DNA of 60,695 nucleotides, counting the filler. It is 3 parts of 3 records of this genome, joined end to end, with 100 filler letters (N's around TTAATTAATTAA, not from the genome) between each part and the next. Parts side by side here need not be neighbours in the genome. Positions count along the whole stretch, not along the records: positions 44,704 to 60,695 come from SRR2962707_2254; 2 more parts are not named here. The stretch is one strand, 5' to 3'. The notes under the pieces were generated by a model, which saw only the letters and a program-made list of their open reading frames with translations, was not told the DNA's origin and ran no database searches. This document shows positions 49,691 to 60,695 of the stretch, piece after piece. Each line of letters opens with the position of its first letter. Within the stretch, counting starts at the first letter, position 1. The position numbers were made by a program, and so were the translations under genes.

Positions 49691-51673
49691 ATGATAATAC
49701 GCATTGCAGTTTTAATAATTTATATAATTCCTTTTTTAGGCTTGACAAATAGTGTCAAGCCTAATGAGGTATTAAAAGACACTACAGATAGGGCTTATTT
49801 TGTTCAAATGATGAATAAAATAGCCTATCCAGTAATAAAAAGTCTGAGTGAAGATAAGTTAAAAGAAAAAATGCCAGTAGAAAAGGCTATAAATCCTTAT
49901 GGTGGAAGAGAACAGGTAACATATTTAGAGGCTTTTGGGAGAACGCTTGTAGGAATAGCTCCTTGGTTAGAATTAGGACCCGATGCTACCGAAGAAGGAA
50001 AGCTTAGAGAAGAGTATATACAATTATGCGTAAAAGCAATAGACAATGCTACTAACCCTTCTGCTAAAGATTATATGAACTTTACTGAAGGAGGACAACC
50101 CCTTGTAGATGCTGCCTTTTTAGCTGAAGCTTTAATAAGGGCACCTCATCAATTATGGGATAATTTAACTGCAGAAACTCAACAAAATGTATTAAGAGAA
50201 TTAAAGAAAACAAGAACTATTTCTCCTCCTTACATGAATTGGTTGCTTTTTAGCGCTACCGTAGAAGCTGCTTTGCTAAAATTTGGTGGAGAAGCAGATA
50301 TGATGCGAATGGAATATGCGCTTTTTAAGCATGACGAATGGTATCTAGGAGATGGGATGTATGGAGATGGTCCAGATTTTCATTGGGATTATTACAACAG
50401 CTATGTAATTCAACCTATGATATTAGATGTTCTTTTAGTTTTAGAAGAAAAAAAAGAAGAATTAAAGTATTGGCGGTATAAAAATAAATTTATTGATAGA
50501 GCCAATGTATTTATAGAAAGAGCGCAGCGTTATGCAGCCATACAAGAACGACTTATTTCTCCCGAAGGGACATTTCCTCCTATAGGTAGGTCTTTGGCAT
50601 ACCGTTGTGGAGCATTTCAGCTATTGTCGCAAGTAGCGTTGATGCAAAAATTACCAAAAAATATTAATCCAGCTCAAGTTCGATCAGCTTTATTAGCGGT
50701 AATAAAAAATCAGATGGAGGCTCCTGGAACTTTTGATGAAAACGGATGGCTTCAAATTGGATTTTATGGAAAGCAAAAGGAGATAGCAGAACCTTATATT
50801 TCTACAGGAAGTTTATATTTATGTAGTACTGCTTTTTTAGTTTTAGGCTTACCACAGCAAACTCCTTTTTGGGCTGCACCTTCTGCCAATTGGACGCAAA
50901 AAAATATTTGGAGCGGAAAAGAAGCTAAAATAGACCATGCCTATAGTGGGAATTATCATAAAAACGAAGATAACTGGGAAACTGTAACCGACAGTAGTTC
51001 ATTTTTAAGTAAGAAAGAATTTAGCAAGCATTGGAATTATTTTTATCCGTGGGGAACAGATCATAACGGTACTGCTAGAATGTATAAATCCAATGTTTCT
51101 TTAAATGATGGAGTATTGGAATTAAAAGCAGAAAGAACTTCAAAAAATGAGGGTAAAAGTAAGTCTTCTCCTCATTTAGAAATAAAATATAAATCTGGTG
51201 CTATTCATGCAAAACATAAAATTGTGGTGAATAAAGCATATCCAGAATATGAAGTTACAGGAGAATTTAAAGCCCCAATCTCAAGTGGAACATGGCCAGC
51301 ATTTTGGTTAACAGCAGTAGATGGTTGGCCGCCAGAAACGGATATTTTGGAGTTTAAAGGTGATGATGTCAATTGGCAAAATACATTTTTAACACCGCAA
51401 AATGTAACTACTATAAAAAAGAAAATTCCAGATGCTTCTAAAGAATGGCATACATATACTGCCAAACTCAAAAGGGTAGACAACACACACACAACAATTA
51501 CCTATTTTATTGATGGAAAACAGACGGGAGTTCATTACACAGATTTTACTGATAAACCTCTTTGGTTAATTATAAATTTACAGATGGAAGGATCTTCAGG
51601 GAACGCAAATGGTTTGGAACAAGCTTCCTATTTCAGTAAAAATGTGACTATAAAAAGAATTTCAGCAAAATGA
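49691..51673 (+). CDS. DUF2264 (GH154-like) fused to a C-terminal GH16 (endo-beta-1,3-galactanase-like) domain
   Basis: The N-terminal part has LEAFGRTL.GIAPWL, DYYNSYVI, GRSLAYR and YISTGSLY (DUF2264). The C-terminal part has GTWPAFWL...WPPETDILEFKG (GH16 ExDxxE). Confidence 0.85.
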   Translation: MIIRIAVLIIYIIPFLGLTNSVKPNEVLKDTTDRAYFVQMMNKIAYPVIKSLSEDKLKEKMPVEKAINPYGGREQVTYLEAFGRTLVGIAPWLELGPDATEEGKLREEYIQLCVKAIDNATNPSAKDYMNFTEGGQPLVDAAFLAEALIRAPHQLWDNLTAETQQNVLRELKKTRTISPPYMNWLLFSATVEAALLKFGGEADMMRMEYALFKHDEWYLGDGMYGDGPDFHWDYYNSYVIQPMILDVLLVLEEKKEELKYWRYKNKFIDRANVFIERAQRYAAIQERLISPEGTFPPIGRSLAYRCGAFQLLSQVALMQKLPKNINPAQVRSALLAVIKNQMEAPGTFDENGWLQIGFYGKQKEIAEPYISTGSLYLCSTAFLVLGLPQQTPFWAAPSANWTQKNIWSGKEAKIDHAYSGNYHKNEDNWETVTDSSSFLSKKEFSKHWNYFYPWGTDHNGTARMYKSNVSLNDGVLELKAERTSKNEGKSKSSPHLEIKYKSGAIHAKHKIVVNKAYPEYEVTGEFKAPISSGTWPAFWLTAVDGWPPETDILEFKGDDVNWQNTFLTPQNVTTIKKKIPDASKEWHTYTAKLKRVDNTHTTITYFIDGKQTGVHYTDFTDKPLWLIINLQMEGSSGNANGLEQASYFSKNVTIKRISAK

Positions 51674-52974
51674 ATTCATCATTCTTAACTCTTCATAAAT
51701 TAATCGTTTTATTATTAGGTTTTACTTTTATTGGTTGTAACTCTTTAAAAGTGGAAGAATCGGTTGTGGGATTGGGCTGGAGTAATAATTCAGTAAATAC
51801 AGTTGTTTTTAGAAATTCTGCTGTGGTGAGCACGAACGAGTATCAATTTACAGCATATTACAATCCTGAGGGTTATTTAATATTAGCAAAGCGAAGATTA
51901 AATAGTAATACATGGAAAATTAAGAAGACTGCCTATAAAGGAAATGTAAAAGATGCTCATAATACCATTAGTATTGCTATGGATGCCGATGGATTTTTGC
52001 ATGTTTCATGGGATCAACACAATACAAAACTTCGCTATGCAAGAAGTAAGTTCCCCTTAGAATTAGAGCTGACAGAGGAATTATCTATGACAGGGCTTCA
52101 GGAAGATAAAGTAACCTATCCTGAGTTTCATAATTTACCAAATGGAAAGTTACTTTTTTGTTATCGGTCGGGAGAATCTGGTCGTGGAAATATGGTTATT
52201 AATAGCTATGATGTTGAAACTAATAAATGGACACAATTACAAAATAATCTGTTAGATGGAGAAGAGAAAAGGAGCGCCTATTGGCAAACCGCAATAGATA
52301 GTTTAGGAAACATCCATTTGTCTTGGGTATGGAGAGAAACTTGGGATGTATCTTCTAATCATGATATGTGTTATGCCATATCAAGAGATGGTGGGATAAC
52401 ATGGGAGCAATCAAATGGAAAGAAATACGAGCTTCCAATTACTCAAGAAACGGCAGAAATAGCTTGGGAAATACCTCAAAAAAGTAGCTTAATTAATCAA
52501 ACCTCCATGGTAGTAGACAAAGAGGGAGTTCCATATATTGCTACTTATTGGAATAATGATAAATCTCCTCAATATAAAGTAGTCTATTTAAAAGATAAAC
52601 AATGGAAACTTTTAAATACAGATTTTCGTAAAAGTAGTTTTTATTTAGGCGGCGGCGGAACAAAAAGAATTCCTATTTCTCGACCTAAAATTATTATAGA
52701 TTCAGAAAGAATCCATTTATTATTTAGAGATGAAGAAAGAGGAAATAAAATTTTATTAGCTTCCACATTAAAGAATTCAATCCAATGGAATTTAAAGGAA
52801 ATTTCTAAAGAGTCTGTTGGACAATGGGAACCCAATTATGATGTAGATTTATGGGAAAAAGAAAAGGTTTTACATATTTTTTCTCAAAAAGTTACCCAAT
52901 TAGATGGAGAAGGGGTTTCTGAAACGGAACCACAACTAATAAAAATAATTCAAATAAAAAATATTGCAGACTAA
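51670..52974 (+). CDS. BNR_4 beta-propeller lipoprotein, PL42/GH145-like (rhamnose-glucuronate lyase/rhamnosidase)
   Basis: NSVNTVVFR, DAHNTISI..D.DG.LHVSWD.HN, VTYPEF, YRSG.SG.G, Asp-box SRDGGITW. Confidence 0.7.
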   Translation: MNSSFLTLHKLIVLLLGFTFIGCNSLKVEESVVGLGWSNNSVNTVVFRNSAVVSTNEYQFTAYYNPEGYLILAKRRLNSNTWKIKKTAYKGNVKDAHNTISIAMDADGFLHVSWDQHNTKLRYARSKFPLELELTEELSMTGLQEDKVTYPEFHNLPNGKLLFCYRSGESGRGNMVINSYDVETNKWTQLQNNLLDGEEKRSAYWQTAIDSLGNIHLSWVWRETWDVSSNHDMCYAISRDGGITWEQSNGKKYELPITQETAEIAWEIPQKSSLINQTSMVVDKEGVPYIATYWNNDKSPQYKVVYLKDKQWKLLNTDFRKSSFYLGGGGTKRIPISRPKIIIDSERIHLLFRDEERGNKILLASTLKNSIQWNLKEISKESVGQWEPNYDVDLWEKEKVLHIFSQKVTQLDGEGVSETEPQLIKIIQIKNIAD

Positions 52975-52998
52975 TACTATTAACAACTAAAATAAGCC

Positions 52999-54216
52999 AT
53001 GAAAAAATTATTATTTACAGTACTTTCTATACTGACTCTTGCTGGATGTAAAGAAAAAACACAAAAAGAAGAAATTGAAAGGGACACCCTTGATGTAAAA
53101 ATAGATTCTACATTTCAAACAGCTGTTAAACAATACAGATACTTAAGTAATCAAGTTACATTAGGTGAATATCCAAAAACTTTTTATAAAGATAAAGAAG
53201 GACTGGAAACAAGTAATTCAGGTTGGTGGTGTAGTGGTTTTTTTCCTGGAACGTTATTTTATTTAGACGAAGCAGTTGGCGCTCAAGATTTAAAAGAAGA
53301 AGGAGTAGCAATATTAGAAGATTTAAAAAAGGAGCAGTTCAATACCTCTACACACGACCTTGGTTTTATGATGTATTGTAGCTTTGGAAATGCAGAACGT
53401 TTAGCGCCTAAAAAAGAATATGAAGAGATATTGATGAACAGCGCAAAATCGTTATCAACTCGATACAATGATACAGTTCAAGCTATTCGCTCATGGAATA
53501 GTGCGCCATGGAATAAAGCAGGAGAAGACGACCTAGTGGTTATAATAGATAATATGATGAATCTAGAATTATTATTTTGGGCAACAAAGCACAGTGGAGA
53601 TAGCACATATTATGATATTGCAGTAAACCATGCTAATACAACTATAGAAAATCATTTTAGAAAAGATTATAGCTCTTATCATGAGGTTATTTATGATGAG
53701 CTTACTGGTAAGGCTAAATTAAAAATTACAAATCAAGGAGCAGCAGATTCTTCAGCTTGGGCTAGAGGACAAGCATGGGGGTTATATGGTTATGTGGTAA
53801 TGTATAGAGAAACTAAAGACAAAAAATACTTAGAACAAGCCAAAAACATTGCAAATTTTTTATTGAACCATCCTAATCTTCCAAAAGATAAGATTCCGTA
53901 TTGGGACTTTAATGCTCCTAAAATACCAAATGCATTGAGAGATTCTTCTGCCGGAGCCATTATAGCTTCAGCATTAATAGAACTTAGTACGTATACTACA
54001 GGAGAAATTTCTTCTAAATATTTAAACGATGCAAAAGTGATGTTAGAGAGTTTACTTTCATCAGAATATATTGCAGAAGTAGAAACAAATGGAGGTTTTA
54101 TATTAAAACACGGGGTGGGTAATATGCCAAATAACACAGAGGTAGACACTCCGCTTTCTTATGGAGATTATTACTTAATTGAAGCAATGTTGAGATATAA
54201 AGAATTAAATAAATAA
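52999..54216 (+). CDS. GH88 unsaturated glucuronyl hydrolase (lipoprotein)
   Basis: WCSGFFPG, THDLGF, IIDNMMNLE, WARGQAWG.YG, RDSSAGA; lipobox LAGC. Confidence 0.9.
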   Translation: MKKLLFTVLSILTLAGCKEKTQKEEIERDTLDVKIDSTFQTAVKQYRYLSNQVTLGEYPKTFYKDKEGLETSNSGWWCSGFFPGTLFYLDEAVGAQDLKEEGVAILEDLKKEQFNTSTHDLGFMMYCSFGNAERLAPKKEYEEILMNSAKSLSTRYNDTVQAIRSWNSAPWNKAGEDDLVVIIDNMMNLELLFWATKHSGDSTYYDIAVNHANTTIENHFRKDYSSYHEVIYDELTGKAKLKITNQGAADSSAWARGQAWGLYGYVVMYRETKDKKYLEQAKNIANFLLNHPNLPKDKIPYWDFNAPKIPNALRDSSAGAIIASALIELSTYTTGEISSKYLNDAKVMLESLLSSEYIAEVETNGGFILKHGVGNMPNNTEVDTPLSYGDYYLIEAMLRYKELNK

Positions 54217-58684
<4,468 letters not shown>

Positions 58685-58704
58685 TTTTTAGACTTAATTA
58701 TAAA

Positions 58705-60609
58705 ATGCAAATCATGATAAAATACCTTTTTAGTATGCTGTCGTTACTTTTTACCTGTATTACATTTGCTCAGGGAAAGCATCAAATTTTGGAAAAGGAT
58801 TACAAAGCATATTTGTTTACATATTTCACTGGAAATAATGTGGAAGATGAAGCTATTCATTTTGCCATTAGCCCAGACGGATATAATTATTATGCCCTAA
58901 ATAATAATAAACCAGTATTAAACTCTAAAGAAATAAGTTCTACGGGAGGAGTTAGAGATCCGCATATTTTAAGGAGCGAAGATGGGAGTTATTTTTATAT
59001 GGTAGTAACAGATATGACTTCATACAAAGGATGGAGTTCCAATCGAGCTATGGTATTGTTGAAGTCTAAAGATCTTATAAACTGGACTTCTAATGTGGTA
59101 AATATTCAAGAACGTTTTTCTGGTAATGAAGACTTGAAACGTGTTTGGGCACCTCAAACTATATATGATAAAGAAGCTGAAAAATACATGGTTTATTTCT
59201 CAATGAAACACGGAGATCAGTCAGACATCATTTATTATGCATATGCAAATAAAGATTTCACCGATTTAGAAACAAGACCAAAACCTTTATTTATTCCAAC
59301 CTCAAAAAAAGCATGTATAGATGGAGATATTGTTTTAAAAGATGGAGTATATCATTTGTTTTATAAAACTGAAACAGATAAACCTGGGATAAAAGTAGCT
59401 ACCACTACAAATCTAACTTCAGGAGAATGGAAGGAAAAAGAAGGATATCTCCAACAAACAAAGGAAAGTGTGGAAGGATCGTCTGTTTTTAAAATGAAAA
59501 ACTCTGAGCAGTATATTTTGATGTATGATGTATATATGAAGGGAGCATACCAGTTTACCAAAAGCAACGATTTAGAAAACTTTGAAGTGATTGATGAAGA
59601 AATTTCGATGAATTTTTCTCCAAGACATGGAACGGTAATTCCTATAACTAACAAAGAATTAAAAAGTTTAATAAATAAATGGGGGAGTCCTGTTGATTAT
59701 CCTTCACTAGACAATAATCCTGTTTTAGAAGGCTATTATGCCGATCCTGAAATTATATATTCTCATAAAACTGGAAAGTATTATTTATATCCAACTTCCG
59801 ATGGATTTGATCATTGGAGCGGAGATTATTTTGAAACTTTCTCTTCTATAGATTTAAAGGAATGGAAAAATGAAGGTACAATTCTCGACTTAAAAAAGGA
59901 TGTAAGCTGGGCAGATAGAAATGCTTGGGCACCATGTATTATTGAGAAAAAGATAAAAGGAACTTATAAATATTTCTATTACTTTACCGCTGCCCAAAAA
60001 ATTGGAGTTGCAGTTTCAGATAATCCAGAAGGACCATTTGTAGATAGTGGAAAGGCGTTAATAGACTCTCAACCAGCTGGAACAAAAGGTGGGCAGGAAA
60101 TAGACCCTGATATTTTTGAAGACCCAGTAAGTGGTAAAAATTATTTGTATTGGGGAAATGGGCATATGGCTTGTGTTGAGTTAAATAAAGATATGGTTTC
60201 TATTAAAGAGAACACTTTGAAAATTTTAAATCCTGGAAATACTTTTAGAGAAGGAACAGAAGTTTTTTATAGAAATGGAACTTATTATTTTATGTGGAGT
60301 GAAGACGATACTAGAAGCCCTAATTACAGAGTTAGGTATGCTACATCTAGTAGTCCCGCAGGACCATTAGATATTCCAGAAAACAATTTAATTTTAGAGA
60401 AAAGACCTGAAGAAGGAATTTATGGTACAGGTCACAATTCTGTAATAAGAGTTCCAGAAACAGATGAATGGTATATTGTTTATCATCGTTTTTCAAGGCC
60501 TAATGGTATTTTAATGGGAGATGCTGCAGGTTACCATCGGGAAGTTTGTATTGATAAACTTAAATTTAACGATAAAGGAGAGATACTACCTATTATTCCT
60601 ACTCTTTAA
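58705..60609 (+). CDS. Tandem GH43-GH43 glycosidase (probable arabinofuranosidase)
   Basis: Domain 1: GVRDP, WAPQ, IDG, EG, RHG. Domain 2: YYADP, WAP, IDP, REG, GTGHNS. Confidence 0.9.
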   Translation: MQIMIKYLFSMLSLLFTCITFAQGKHQILEKDYKAYLFTYFTGNNVEDEAIHFAISPDGYNYYALNNNKPVLNSKEISSTGGVRDPHILRSEDGSYFYMVVTDMTSYKGWSSNRAMVLLKSKDLINWTSNVVNIQERFSGNEDLKRVWAPQTIYDKEAEKYMVYFSMKHGDQSDIIYYAYANKDFTDLETRPKPLFIPTSKKACIDGDIVLKDGVYHLFYKTETDKPGIKVATTTNLTSGEWKEKEGYLQQTKESVEGSSVFKMKNSEQYILMYDVYMKGAYQFTKSNDLENFEVIDEEISMNFSPRHGTVIPITNKELKSLINKWGSPVDYPSLDNNPVLEGYYADPEIIYSHKTGKYYLYPTSDGFDHWSGDYFETFSSIDLKEWKNEGTILDLKKDVSWADRNAWAPCIIEKKIKGTYKYFYYFTAAQKIGVAVSDNPEGPFVDSGKALIDSQPAGTKGGQEIDPDIFEDPVSGKNYLYWGNGHMACVELNKDMVSIKENTLKILNPGNTFREGTEVFYRNGTYYFMWSEDDTRSPNYRVRYATSSSPAGPLDIPENNLILEKRPEEGIYGTGHNSVIRVPETDEWYIVYHRFSRPNGILMGDAAGYHREVCIDKLKFNDKGEILPIIPTL

Positions 60610-60629
60610 AGGTTTATTAAATACTCCTG

Positions 60630-60663
60630 AATGCCTTGTAGGCTTGCCTTGAGGTAGTTGATT
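60630..60663 (-). repeat. Degenerate palindromic element resembling IS200/IS605-type ends
   Basis: Minus strand AATCAACTACCTCAAGGCAAGCCTACAAGGCATT: a TCAACTACC motif plus an AGGC-AA-GCCT palindrome. Confidence 0.3.
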
Positions 60664-60695
60664 TACTTATTTTATGATAGTTAAGATTTAGTCTT

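Overview
The window is three unrelated contigs joined by artificial spacers (N44-TTAATTAATTAA-N44 at 28835-28934 and 44604-44703). Base composition shifts visibly at each spacer, so no linkage should be inferred across them. (1) 1-28834 is a mid-GC marine gammaproteobacterial core region (Oceanospirillales/Marinomonas-like by inference). It carries two chemoreceptors, gltX, a Fur-boxed AraC-flavodoxin unit, an AEC transporter, baeSR-like genes, yebC, two tiny Cys-rich proteins, a glycosyltransferase, fabV, an M16 peptidase, yciK-ubiG and gyrA-serC-pheA-tyrA/aroA-cmk-rpsA. (2) 28935-44603 is a higher-GC Marinobacter-like region. It carries DUF1329, a MalT-like LuxR regulator, an acyltransferase, a Bax-like glucosaminidase, a large unknown lipoprotein, yfaZ, yacG, a hybrid kinase, tsaA/trmO, an unknown exported protein, coaE, pilD and pilC. 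(3) 44704-60695 is an AT-rich Flavobacteriaceae-like polysaccharide utilization locus: SusC/SusD, a DUF2264(GH154)-GH16 fusion, a PL42/GH145-like propeller, GH88, GH2, GH27 and tandem GH43. Its enzyme set points to type II arabinogalactan/AGP. The most notable observations are the GH154-GH16 fusion, a full-length but catalytically eroded EPSPS domain fused to TyrA, a kissing-loop structure in the rpsA leader, a Fur/AraC(CxxC)/flavodoxin module followed by a structured candidate sRNA, a sigma54/NtrC-type promoter on a chemoreceptor with no sensor domain, and Val at GyrA position 83. No CRISPR array, tRNA, rRNA or intact mobile element was seen. All family calls come from motif recognition only; no database searches were run.
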